DNA from: Octopus sinensis
Taxonomy: Eukaryota
NCBI RefSeq assembly: GCF_006345805.1
Contig: NC_043001.1
Location: 107,508,001 to 107,572,000 of the forward strand
Length of the DNA: 64,000 bases
Reading direction: 5' to 3'
Positions 37,477-50,361 of this stretch are shown one piece after another. The notes under the pieces were generated by a model that worked only from the letters and a program-made list of their open reading frames with translations, ran no database searches and was not told the DNA's origin. The number at the start of each line of letters is the position of its first letter. The stretch's first letter is position 1. A program made the position numbers and the translations under genes.

Positions 37477-37890
37477 TTAATATCGGTTTCAGTGTGTGCC
37501 AATGGGAGAAAGTTCGAAAATCCATTTCAGATCTGAAAAGACATAAGGTAGTAAAAAAAAACAAAAGACCTTGTACAAATTGACCCGATCAATCAATACT
37601 GTGAAAGATTTATCTTTCGTCTGTCACCCACAATTCAAACTATGGACATCTATAGCAGGACCGAGTAGTCACCTTAGTGATCACGGGCAGACACCCAGAA
37701 ATGCCACCGACAAGGAGTAAGTACAGGCAGACGGCAAACATCTGCGTGGGCGGAGCAATTACCATATATGTATTTACATATCTGTAAATACAAACACACA
37801 CATGCATACACACACATACGTATAAAAATACATGATATATGTCTGTGCAGATATATACATGAAGATATATTATATATATATATATATATA

Positions 37891-38303
37891 TACTCTTTAC
37901 TCTTTACTCTTTTACTTGTTTCAGTCATTTGACTGCGGCCATGCTGGAGCACCGCCTTTAGTCGAGCAAATCGACGCCGGGACTTATTCTTTGTAAGCCC
38001 AGTACTTATTCTATCGGTCACTTTTTGCCGAACCGCTAAGTGACGGGGACGTAAACACACCAGCATCGGTTGTCAAGCAATGCTAGGGGGACAAACACAG
38101 ACACACAAACACACACACGCACACATATATATATATATATACGACAGGCTTCTTTCAGTTTCCGCCTACCAAATCCACTCACAAGGCATTGGTCGGCCCG
38201 GGGCTATAGCAGAAGACACTTGCCCAAGTTGCCACGCAGTGGGACTGAACCCGGAAATATGTGGTTGGTTAGTAAGCTACTCACCACACAGCCACTCCTG
38301 CGC

Positions 38304-38306
<3 letters not shown>
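37891..38306 (-). mobile_element. S1 SINE, full length
   Basis: Complete element with (AAAGAGT)-type tail repeats. Confidence 0.9.
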
Positions 38307-38370
<64 letters not shown>

Positions 38371-39505
38371 ATATACACACAAGCGCATACACACATAAAC
38401 ACACAGACACACACACACGAACAATCCAGATCAATATCCATTAAGATTTTCCTGAAATATTACCATGTCACTCTGACCCAGTGAAAATAGTTGTCTATGT
38501 CTAAGCCATATGTCCCACCTTGTACCCAACTAATTAGGCCATTGTTGATATCTATTCTAATGTTAATACATCAGAGTTTATAAATATTGATAATATGGAA
38601 ATGGACTGTGTGATAATGAAGCTTACTTCCAAAACAGATGGTTTCGGATCCTGACCCACAGCGAGGTACCTTGAGCAAGTGCTTTTTCCAATACGACTTC
38701 GGTAGGATCAGAGATGATTTTGTACAGGAAGAATAGAAGAAACCCGTATAACTACGCCCTGTGAAGTAGCTATTTATTTATAGGTGAAGATGTAGACTGT
38801 ATGGTAAGAAAGCTGCCTTCCAACCACATGGGTTATGGTTCAGTGCCACTGCGTGGAACCTTGGGTAGGTATCTTCTACTGTAGCATCGAGTTAACCAAA
38901 GCCTTGTAAATGGATATGGTAGGAAACTGAAAGAAGCACGTCGTGGTGTCGAAACCACAATGATATCTTTGGGCAGCTGAAGATGGAGGTATAATGGATT
39001 GTTGGTATGGCTGGCGAATACATATATATATATATATATGTGTGTGTTTGTGTGTAAAAATTAATGTGTGTGTGTTTGTGTATGTGTGTTGTGTGGTGTG
39101 AGTGTGTATACATGCATATATATGTATATATATGCGTGTGTGCCTGTTTAGGGTTGACTTTGTGTTAATGTTTTTTCACCCACTACCGGTTGACAACCGA
39201 TCTGGTTGTGATTGCGTTCCCGTAGCCTAGCAGTTCGACCAAACAGAACGATAGAATATATAACAGACCGTAAAAGTTTTTTTTTAAAAAGTAAATTGAT
39301 CAATTCTTTAGATTAAAACTTTTTCAAGGCGGTGCCCCAGCATGGCCGCAGTCTAATGAGTGAAACATGTATGAGATTAAAGGTATACATGTGGAGTTCT
39401 TTCAATTACCACATGCCAATATATATATATATATACACACATATATATATACACACAGAAATATATATGTATATATACACAAACACACACATGTATATAA
39501 TATAC

Positions 39506-39610
<105 letters not shown>

Positions 39611-39911
39611 TTATCTATCTATCTATTTATCTATTTATCTATCTATCTATCTGTTTGTCTGTCTTTCTGTCTATGTGTGGGTGTGTATACTCTGAATACT
39701 TTGGTTGGACAAGGCTATAGTTGAGGACACTTGCCCAAGGTGCTACGCAGCGAGAACCGAACCTGTAAGCATGTGGTTGGGAAGCAAGCTTCTTACAACA
39801 CAAAGAAGAATTCCAATAAAAATATAAACAACTATACATACACGCACATACACAAAAACGCTCACACGCACACAATCACACATACATTCATATGCACACA
39901 TACGTGTATTC

Positions 39912-39950
<39 letters not shown>

Positions 39951-40077
39951 CGCATGTGAATACCTACTCCTTGAAATCTAGTTGGATGTTGTACACTTTG
40001 ATGTAGTAGTTGTAAAACATCTATTATAAAAATGTCCTTTTCCAGCATTTTTATTCAGCCCAGGCAGAATTATATTT

Positions 40078-40295
40078 GTTTCTTTACTGCCCGCATGGGA
40101 CTAAACATAGAAGGGACAAACAAGGACAGACAAAGAGATTAAGTCGATTACATCGACCCCAGTGCGTAACTGGTACTTATTTAATCGACCACGTAAGGAT
40201 AAAAAAAAAAGTGGACCTCGGCGGAATTTGAACTCAGAACGTAACGCCAGACGAAATACTGCTAAGCATTTTGCCCGGCGTGCTAACGTTTCTGC
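40078..40295 (-). mobile_element. S2 SINE, tail-1
   Basis: Matches 12361-12591. Confidence 0.82.
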
Positions 40296-40716
40296 CGTAG
40301 GCAGAATTATTTTCCAGCCCCATGACTGCAGATCCGAGTACACTTGTATATTCTATCTACAACGCCAGATTAGAGATATATCTATCAAAACAAAACATAA
40401 TACTATGTATGATCAAACATCTATGATTCATATATGTGTGTGCGTGTGTGTGAGTGTGTGTGTGGGCGTGGACGAGCGCTCGAGGATATAAATAGATAGA
40501 TATACAAATACAAATATAAATATATATATATATATATGTATAGATATACTCACATATATATTTCACATAAATGTGTATATGTATACACACAAACAAAATG
40601 CATATCACAAACACACACACACACGCGCACGCGCACACGCATATATACATAGTTAGATAGATACCTAGTTAGATATATAGATAGACATATATACATATAA
40701 ATGAAATATATAAGCG

Positions 40717-40755
<39 letters not shown>

Positions 40756-40882
40756 TACATATATACCTATCTACATACATATACATACATATGTACATAT
40801 TTGACTAAACACATACACGCATATATATATACACACATGTATATATATATAAACATATAAATACATACACACATATATTTGT

Positions 40883-40920
<38 letters not shown>

Positions 40921-40945
40921 CATGTACATACACGCAGATTTATAC

Positions 40946-40989
<44 letters not shown>

Positions 40990-41674
40990 GTATGTATGTA
41001 TGTATGTATGTATGTAAGTATGTATGTAAGGAGAGAGAGAAGGAATGTGGTGGAGGAAGGAGAAAAGTGTATAACAGAAAAACACACATCGAAATATAGA
41101 ATTTAAGATTTTGTTTTTTGTTTTCACTTGCCACTTGAAGAATGTCTTTTTATCCGTTGAAAATTCTGGACGAATAGCAAGGAACTTTGAAGTGTTAATG
41201 CGAATTACTGGCAGCCATGTTATCATCTGAAAGAAATAATTGAACACTTTCGTGAAGGAGGTCTTGCTTCAGCCATCGTTCAGCAAAGTACTTCTTGACA
41301 ATGTTCCGAAGAGAAATGGAAAAATAATTGTAGTGTTAGTATTAATATTAGTGTTAGTAATAATAGAATCTGTAGTCTGAGATGATGTAGTAATATATAT
41401 GATAATGGTAAAATAATAAAATGAAAATGAAACTGAAAAAATGAAAAAAGTGATGAGGATAATTATAATCATCATCGTTAACAACACCATTATCAATATC
41501 TTCATAAAGGTGGTTGTTGTTGCTCTTTTTGTTGTTGTTCAGGAGATGGTTCTGGTGGTGGTGTTTGAGATGACAATAACAACAATCTGTATTTATGTTG
41601 AATCCTGGAGAAGGAAAAGAAATGGAAATACAATTTGTATCAGTGGTGCGCTATCAAGTTATAATCCTTTCAAC

Positions 41675-42045
41675 TTTAGGCACAAGGCCTGAAATAAGGG
41701 GAGGGGGATAGTCGATTATATCGATCCCAGTACTCAACTGGTACTTAATTTATCAACCCCGAAATGATGAAAGGCAAAATCAATCTTTGCGGAACGTAAA
41801 GACAGACGAAATATCTATTCCTTTACTAACCTCAAGGGGATAAACACAGAGAGGACAAACAAGGACAGACAAACGGATTAAGTCGATTATATCGACCCCA
41901 GTGCATAACTGGTACGTATTTAATCGACCCTGAAAGGACGAAAGACAAAGTCGACCTCGGCAGAATTTGAACTCAGAACGTAGCGGCAGACGAAATACCG
42001 CTAAGCATTTCGCCCGGCGTGCTAACGATTCTACTAGCTCGTCTC
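41675..42045 (-). mobile_element. S2 tail-1 SINE (41816-42045) fused to a headless S2 body with tail-2 (41675-41815)
   Basis: Junction gacgaaatatc|tattcttta. Confidence 0.8.
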
Positions 42046-42249
42046 CTTGCTCTATCAAATTATAATAATAACGGTTTCTAGAATAGGCCAAGCCAGTATT
42101 CAGACGCTTTTCATAAGCAGCTATATGAGTTAAATGAAATAACTAAGAAGCTGCCCATAATACACAAAACGTGTCCTGTTAAAATAACATCGATAGGTTA
42201 TGCTGCAGAAAAGAAAGGAAGGATGGAATGGTTTGTTAAACGCAATATT

Positions 42250-43110
42250 GGGATATTGTGTTTGAAGAACTATTTTGTGCGTAGAGGAGAAAGGATACTA
42301 TGTGCAACAAAAATATTCGAAAGTTATCTGAAACAGCAGGAAAGTTCAACAACGGAAGGAAAACTGAGTGGAAGTATTACGTTATCAATTCATACAACAA
42401 ACTGAGGATATTAGAAATAAAGAACATCAATTATGGCTGACAGACGGAAGTCTAAAAGCTAGAAACCGAACGGCTCATTATAACCGTTTAGAGTCAAGAG
42501 ATTACAATGAATTTCATAAAAGCAAAGGTTTATAAATCTCAGAATGCAAATGTAGAATCTGTGCATAAGGAGACAAAATTATTAATCACCACTTAAGTGA
42601 ACGCAGTAAGCTAGCACGAAAAGAGTGTAAGTGCGGGAATAACAATGCCGGTGAAAATATGCATGAGGATGATGGCCGAGTGTGTAGATTCACAGTATCA
42701 GAAAAACTATATGAACACGCGCCAAGAGCAGCGATGATGAATAATAATTATAGGATTTTATGGAATTTCTCCATAGAAACTGGTCATATTACTGAATCAA
42801 TAAAAGAAGATATGGTTGTAGATGTGATAATGTAGTGAATGCCAAAAACTTGAGAAAATTGAGAAATATCAAGACGTATACAGTGATATGAAAAGATTGT
42901 GAAAGATACGAATAGTAATTTGCGCTCTTGGAAGTATCGTCACTCAAATACCAACATGGTTGCAAAAGATTTGTGCAAATGTAAAGGTAGAACACCTACA
43001 AAAATCACCATTGCTTGTAACTTCAAGAATTCTTTGAGTCACTTTAGCCTGCTGACTGTAGATAGCTGACTATTTCCATCATACTCAACAAAATAGGCAG
43101 TGAGTTTTCG
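42250..43110 (+). pseudogene. R4/Dong-like RLE LINE 3' part, degenerate, followed by a (TAA)n tail
   Basis: ETERLII, CKCRICA (zinc-finger remnant), EKYQDV, ICALGSI and LQKSPLLVTSRIL motifs; (ATA)n at about 43112-43165. Confidence 0.75.
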
Positions 43111-43157
<47 letters not shown>

Positions 43158-43165
43158 TAATAATA

Positions 43166-43690
43166 ATGAATGCCATGATGCAGTACCAAGCAGTGGCTCT
43201 CATGGCTTCTGATTTTAACTGATTGGAAGTGTTATCATGTACAGCAAATATTCTGCTCGATACTACAGATTTGCTTGTCAGTTGTTTGACCTTAACCAGT
43301 TGACTATGTCTCTTAGCGGCTGACGATATGGGCATCTCTGATCATGAGCAGAAGTAGTGGGAGAGCATCATAGCCATGTACTGAGAGGAATTCTTTGGGG
43401 TTTGGATAGTTCACCTCTGGAAACATGGGTGTTTTATTCAAACATCCTTAAACAACCCTTATTCAGAGACCTTTTGAGCGGGATGGGATACTCGACCTGA
43501 AGAAAATTTTAACTGGGCCCCACCTACAAGGTCATGCGCTGTTTGTCTTGATATGAGATCACCATGTCGTGCACATATGGTTGTGATGAATGTACCTGGT
43601 GTACCCTTATCAGACGGGTAGTCATGATGGGTATACTGGGCTTCGTAAATTTTACTCCCGTGTCACTTCGATGGCATGCACTGCTCTCTC
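43166..43690 (-). mobile_element. ~520-bp non-coding interspersed repeat between AAT arrays; partial second copy at about 16970-17085
   Basis: catgtcg(c/t)gcacatatggttgtgatgaatgt...gtacccttatcagacgggtagtcatgatgggtatactgggcttc is shared with about 16985-17068; the minus-strand 3' end runs into (ATT)n. Confidence 0.65.
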
Positions 43691-43952
43691 AATAATAATT
43701 ATAATAATAAAAATAATAATAATAACAACCATAATAATAATAATCATAATGATAATGATAATAATAATAATAACAACAACAACAACAACAATAATAACAA
43801 CAACCATAATAATAATAATCATAATGATAATAATAGTTTCAAATTTTGCCTCATAGGCAAAAGATTTTGGGGAGGAGATGAATCAACACCAGTGTCAACT
43901 GCTACTTATATAATAATAGTAATAACAATAATAATAATAATAATAATAATAA

Positions 43953-43983
<31 letters not shown>

Positions 43984-44089
43984 AAGAGAAGAAGAAGAAG
44001 AAGAAGAAGTAAGGAAACCTTGCTTGTGGTAGTTAGGAATGGGGGAGTACTGAGAGAAGAGAAAAAGGGAAAAACAAAGGAAGAAGTAC

Positions 44090-44440
44090 AAAAAGGCCAT
44101 GAAGAAGAATTACACAAGAAGGGACTACACATTCAGTTACATATAGCTACAAAAGAAGTTGCTGGAAAAAATAGGTGAGATTGGCTGATGAAAGGAACAC
44201 TAAAAAGGAGACCGAGAGCCGTATACTGACAGCGCAAGACCAAGCTTTGGCCACGAACAGGAGGGTCAACCTTAGGATTGGGCAAGTGCCTCCTCTGTGC
44301 CGCATCTGCAACAGAGTGGATGAAACCATCACTCATATTATGAAAGAATGCCCAAAACCACTACAAGCTGTGGCGACATGATCAGGTAGCGAAAATGGTA
44401 CACTTAACACTGAGCCAAAAGTGGGGGCTAGAGAGAGGAC
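44090..44440 (+). pseudogene. R4/Dong-like RLE LINE internal fragment
   Basis: KKETESRILTAQDQALATN and CRIC-x8-H-x4-C (CRICNRVDETITHIMKEC); lies just after (TAA)n(GAA)n at 43905-44010. Confidence 0.82.
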
Positions 44441-44444
44441 TCCA

Positions 44445-44601
44445 CACCCACCCAAATTCTTCAGTTTTCATTTTTTTTCAGAAATTTTCTTTTTGCGAAA
44501 TACTTAGAAAAATACTGAGATTATGATTCTGAAAAGAAAAAAAGAATTGTAAAGCTTTAAATTTTAAGAAAAAAGTGAAAACTGAAGAATTTGGGCGGGT
44601 G
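44445..44601. repeat. Foldback inverted repeat, 26-bp arms with 1 mismatch
   Basis: cacccacccaaattcttcagttttca ... tgaaaactgaagaatttgggcgggtg. Confidence 0.8.
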
Positions 44602-45209
44602 GGGTGGGTTTTCTTTTGCAGAATCAGAATCTCTGTACTCGAAAATGGGGGATTCTGTAAAAAAAACTATTAAATAAAATAAAATACGACAGGGGTGCGG
44701 TCCACATACTTTACGTCCGCCTCATGTACCCTAGAACTCGAGATAGCAATGCCCCACCCTTAGACTACTCTGGTACACCAAAAGAAAATGCTTCTGTTTT
44801 TGATATCAGGTGATATGAGTTAAGAAATATTATCAAATCTAAAAGATATTGTTCATGAAACGGAAAGTGTCTACCGCTTGAAGAGGCAGCTTACCAAGAC
44901 AATGTTTAGTTGTTTCCAGAATATTCTCGCAGACGATGCCAGAAACAGACGACAAATAATGAGGAGTCGTTTGATACATCAATGTGATTTCATTTATTCA
45001 TTTATTTATTTCTTTCGTCTTTAAAATAATTTTTTTTCCTTCCCTGCCCTGCGCTTTCTTTCGAGATATACTTTGAAATATTTCTTCTGGACAAGAAGCT
45101 CGTCGAAAGAAAAAGAATAAAAAGGGGGAAAAAGGCAAGGAATCTGAAACTAAAGAAGCAATGAAACAAATCAAACGAATATAGAAACCACTCTCACCAC
45201 CACCACCAC

Positions 45210-45241
<32 letters not shown>

Positions 45242-46259
45242 CTACAACAAAGTGAATACAAAATGGCTGCTTCTTCGGAGCGATTCATCTTCTTCGGAGT
45301 TTGACGAACAAATGATTTACTATTGAAGCAACGGCACACACACACACACACACATATAAATACACGCACATGTGCATATACATACGCTCATACACACATA
45401 TATATATACATAAATATATACATTGATTTATATGTATATATATATATATATATGTATTTGTGTATAAATACATATGTGTGTGTGTATACATACATTCATA
45501 ATATTTGCATATATATGTATGTTTATATATATATATGCACAAATGTATACTCACAATGTACACACACACACACACACATCTATATATACATAGATGTGTG
45601 TGTGTTTTACGCACATACGTCCACATAAACATACATAAACATATACAGTATATATAAATCAATATACATGCACACATATTCGTGTATAAACACAAACGTG
45701 CACACACACTTAGGCATATGGAGATATATGTGTATATGTGTGTGTGTGTGTGTGTTTGTGTTGTGTGTGTGTGTGTGTGTGTGCGTGTGTGCGTGCGTGT
45801 GTACTTTTGTGTATATGGTAATTGGTAAGTGCAAGCTGTGAGACGTGATAAACGTTTATTGTGCCAGATCATTTGCTCACAGTCTGCAGTAAGTTGAGAT
45901 ATTTCAAATGAAATGAATCTTTGATTTCTTGTTGTTGTTGCTGCTGTTGTTGTTGCTTTTTTTTTAAAACACGGATGTCAATTCTGTATGAATTTCGTTT
46001 TAGTAGTCTTGACATCATTCAACGTCTGTAGATGTATATGAATGAATTTGTATTATAAAAATTCTCTCTCTATCTATCAGCACTATGTATCTGTTTTTTT
46101 TTTTTTTTTTTTTGAAGACGTTATCAAGTGACGAGATGGTTGAATCGTTGGCGATTAGGACAATATATTTAGCGGTATTTCTTCTGATTGCTCATGTCGC
46201 GAGTTCACGTCTGCTGAGGCCTGATCTTGCCTTCCGCGTCGATAAAGTAAATTTTTCTT

Positions 46260-46508
46260 CGCCCTTCTAAAGCCTAGCCAGGCTCATGGGCCCGGTTCCT
46301 GGTTTCAATGGCGTGTGTGTTTTGTTCCCAAGCTGGACGGGACGCCAGTCCATCGCAGCGTTACTAATTTTTGCCAGCTAAGTGGACTGGAGCAACGTGA
46401 AATGAAGTGTTTTGCTCAAGAACACAACGCGTCGCCCGGTCCAGGAACTGAAACCACAATCTTACAATCATGATGCTGCCATCCTAACCACTAAGCCACG
46501 CGCCTCCA
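46260..46508 (-). mobile_element. tRNA-headed SINE, head A + tail Y
   Basis: gtggaggcgcgtggcttagtggttagg head; core ttgagcaaaacacttcatttcacgttgctccagtccac; tail gcgatggactggcgtcccgtccag. Confidence 0.88.
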
Positions 46509-47236
46509 CGATGGAGTAAATAACAGTTGAATATTCCGTTCGATGGGATCTACTAACGCACTCCTTTAAAACAACTGCTGGTCTACTTAAATTCAAACCC
46601 ATTATCAAGCAGTTATATTTATGCATATTCAGCCTATCTTTCGTTGCATTTACACCAATTTTTTTTTGTACGTTGTAGCATACATAAGCGCATCCAAAAT
46701 GTAATCTGAGAGATCTGGCTGCTATTTCTTGTAAGCCAAGTATCCATATACCAGCGTCTTCCTTGATTTATGAGAGTCGCTGATTATTTTCGAAGATATA
46801 ATAACAATTGCATAGGCGACTAAGCCGTACTAGTTACAATATTTCGATCGTTGTAGACCCTGACCATCTTCAAGGCCTTTCAGTAACGTTCAAAGAATTT
46901 CGATCTGAACATTTCTTTTTGAAAAGCACATTTACTCTCATTCGGTTCAGTAATTTGACCTTTCTCTTTCACCATCTTGAATCAAACACGACAAAGTGGA
47001 AATGTTATCATTTTTAAGTTTAAATATCAATAATATTTTGTTTTCCATTTCGATATGAGCAAAAGGCCCGAAATTTGGGCGTGGTGAACGGCGATTACGC
47101 CGATTCCCAGTGCTAAGCGAGCGGGTAGTTATTTTATCAACTAAGAAAGAAAAGTTCGACCTCAGCGGTGTTTGAACGCAGAACATGAAAAAGCATCGAA
47201 AACCTACGCATTTTTGTCCGACGTATTAACGCTTCT

Positions 47237-47471
47237 TATTTCTTTACTGCACACAAGGGGCTACACACAGAGGGGACAAACAAGGACAGACAAATGGATT
47301 AAGTCGATTATATCGAACCCTGGGCGTAACAGGTACTTATTTAATCGACCTCGAAAGGATGAAAGGCAAAGTCGACCTCGGCGGAATTAGAGCTCAGAAC
47401 GTAGCGGCAGACGAAATACTGCCAAGTATTTCGCCCGGCGTGCTAACGCTTCAGCCAGCCCGCCGCCTTTT
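47237..47471 (-). mobile_element. S2 tail-1 SINE nested in an older S2 copy (47060-47505), 18-bp TSD
   Basis: cgacgtattaacgcttct at 47219-47236 and 47472-47489. Confidence 0.9.
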
Positions 47472-47690
47472 CGACGTATTAACGCTTCTGTCAACTCGCT
47501 GTCTTAAATAACAACATAAAAAATACATAACGATGTTACTTCACTTATAAACTAATGACGTATAGCTTAATTGCTTATGATAATACAATATCAATACATA
47601 GAAAAGACAATACAGGACGTAACTCAAACAATTAGTGTTTATATGTTCGTTTAATGAGACTTTAAAAATATGATGATTTATATTAGATAT

Positions 47691-47997
47691 GTGGAGGCAC
47701 ATGGCCTAGTGGTTAAAGCAGCGAACTCGCGGTCGAGAGATCGCGGGTTCGAATCTCAGACGGGGTGATGTCTGTGTTTATGAGCGAAACACCTAAGCTC
47801 CACGCGGCTCCGGCAGGATGTAATGGCCAACTTCTGCTGACTCTTTCACCACAACTTTCTCTCACTCTTTCCTCCTGCATCTAACAGCCTACCAGCAATG
47901 GACTGGCGTCCTGTCCAGGTGGGGAACCTATACGCCAAGGAAACCGGGAGACCGGCCCTTATGAGCCAGGCATGGCTTGAGAAGGAACAAGCAAACG
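47691..47997 (+). mobile_element. tRNA-headed SINE, head B + tail Y, 11-bp TSD
   Basis: A/B-box-like tggcctagtggttaaag / gggttcgaatc; TSD atattagatat at 47680-47690 and 47998-48008. Confidence 0.88.
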
Positions 47998-48059
47998 ATA
48001 TTAGATATAATTAACATTTTACACTTAAAATTTTTACCCTTTGGCCCTGAAGTCCACCA

Positions 48060-48430
48060 GCTACACCGTTTGCCTTTACTACGGATGAATTAAGTAGGGT
48101 CATTCATACCTAACTTCCTTTCCACATCCTTCTATCTTCGCGACAGGCGTCTTTTCTCCTGCCTTATCTTGCTCTTCAGATGATATCTGAAGTAATATAG
48201 CAAACCAGGGCCGGAGATGAATGTTCTCATCGCGACTCCTTTCATTCTGGTTTTCCATATGCACTCTATCAATACTGCAACTGTACATAAGAAACATGCC
48301 TCACCTTCCTTTGATAGTGTGGGTGGCGGTGCAATCTTAATCATATCAAAACACTGTCTTCTGAACCCGTCTACTCCATTGGCAACACAGCAATTACAAC
48401 GTGCAGTCACATCTAAAGGACAGCTTAATT
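48060..48430 (-). pseudogene. Diverged Tx1-type ORF2 C-terminal fragment
   Basis: PPTLSKEGEACFLCTVAVLIECIWKTRMKG...FISGPGLLYYFRYHLKSKIRQEK aligns with copy B PPSFKREGRAIF...WTRLKG...FLSGQSLINFFKYHLKRKVRVER. Confidence 0.75.
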
Positions 48431-50234
48431 TAAAGCAGAAAGTATTTTTTTCTCAAAATAAGCTTCAAATTCTTTTCTACACTTAAGGGTTATAAAGTTT
48501 TACTTGAAAATCATGTACTAGATATATTTTCCTCTCCTGCCATCTCTCTAAAAGATTTCTGATTACTAACTCCATCCCAAACTAAATTTTGTATCATTTC
48601 ATCCTGCATGAAAAATTCCTAATAGGATATATCTTAAATGTTTTCTACGACATGTACAATTTGGTAACCCCTTTTAGCAAATGAAACACGTGTAATAGTG
48701 AATAAATAACACCAAAAAATATTTCAGTCTTGTTTTGATATTATTACTCCGCAGGAAATAAGTTCTGCTATTTTGAACTCTTATGCTTATCTCCCACAAA
48801 TATAATATCTACATTCGGATTTGCAAAAATGAAATAAGCAGATGGGCTTCACAAGGACACAGCTTGGATTTTAACCTTGTATATATATATATAAATGTAT
48901 GCATGTGTGTATTTATGTATGTATCCATGTATATATACGTATAGTAATGCGATGTATTATATATGTTATAGTCTAATAAGTACTACTATAATATAGTATA
49001 TAAAATAGGAGTGTGTGTTTGTATGTGCGTTTGTATGTGTGTTGTGAGCGGGTGGGTTTGTGTATGTACGTAGGTGTATATTTGTTGTGCTGTAATATAT
49101 GAATCACTGTTGTAAGTTGTGATGCTATGGGACTTTCGTTGTAAACATGCATTGAAAATAGACTAAAGAGACTGACTGTACACACATACACATGCACACA
49201 CACACGCGCACACACACACATACACACATACACACAGACATGTATGGGATGTGCAGCCAATACTTGCAGATATATAACTATTTATGTATTTATGGATATA
49301 TATATGTGTGTGTGTGTGTGTATAATATATGTATGTATTTATATAATATATTACATATATATATATATATACATATATACATATACATATACTTATATAT
49401 AAGTATGATATATATATGTTTGTTATACATTCAGTCTCATATTCAATGATACTTACACACATGCACACACGTGCGCACACACATTCAGAAATCTATGTAT
49501 TATTGAATGATATCGTATCTATTGAATGCATAATAACAAAAATATCACGAAGCTCATACGAAAAGCAGAAGTAAAAAATATACAACCTCGTCTACTTATT
49601 TTTTTTTTACTTGTTCTTCTATATGATACTGGAATATTTTTTATCCATTGTTGTTTCGTATTCTTTTTGATATTTCCTTTCCACGACATGGCCACTTTTG
49701 ACAGATGAAAATCTTTCACAGTGATGTAAATAACCAAGATAAACCTACTTCTTTTTTTTAATCTTATACAATATTATTCAGTCTTCCGTCTTCGCTAAAA
49801 TATATATTTTGTCTCTTTCTCTCGTATTCGCATTTTATATTGCCGTGTGCCTACATACAAGTCACCTACCAACACACTCCTGTAGGTTTATGTGACTACA
49901 GTATATACACGCTGTCTTCTATATACACCCATTCTTCTATATACGCCCCCGCTAAAAAATATAGATCCACAAAGTACACAGTACACAAAATACATTTTTC
50001 TCCACCCAAAAACACTTCATTCACAAAAGTACAATAATACACCTTCGCAGAAATACTCCTGCACAGCCGTCGCCATTAAAATATCCCACTTCACCTTCAG
50101 ATAAGAAAGCACAACACAGGTAAAAATATCCACATAAAACACCACAGAAAAACCTTTATATTTTATGAATGTCGCGCGTCCTTTCATTGTGTAAGTAGGA
50201 ACTGTGAGGGATGATGATTTAAGTACCCTTATAT

Positions 50235-50361
50235 CTATTTCTTTACTACCCACAAGGGGCTAAACAGAGAGAGAAAGAGAGGACAAACAAGGACAGACAA
50301 ACGGATTAAGTCGATTACATCGACCTCAGTGCGTAACTGGTACTTAATTTATCGACCCCGA
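50235..50361 (-). mobile_element. S2 tail-1 SINE 3' half, broken by the hammerhead-containing repeat
   Basis: Tail and body match S2; ends abruptly at atcgaccccga. Confidence 0.8.

Noticed and set aside
41130-41230. Strong minus-strand acceptor (attatttctttcag) followed by MITWLPVIRINTSKF...
   Set aside because: No convincing donor, and the frame runs into a microsatellite.
45060-45300. Lys-rich read (SSGQEARRKKKNKKGEKGKESETK), His/Gln-like repeats and a YY1-like AAAATGGCTGC
   Set aside because: Bounded by stops without splice sites; purine-rich low complexity explains it.
47691-47765. tRNA gene calls for SINE heads (here and at 46440-46508, 59431-59500, 60400-60465, 63690-63759)
   Set aside because: A/B boxes are present, but they run into SINE cores and tails with TSDs and lack a complete cloverleaf acceptor stem.
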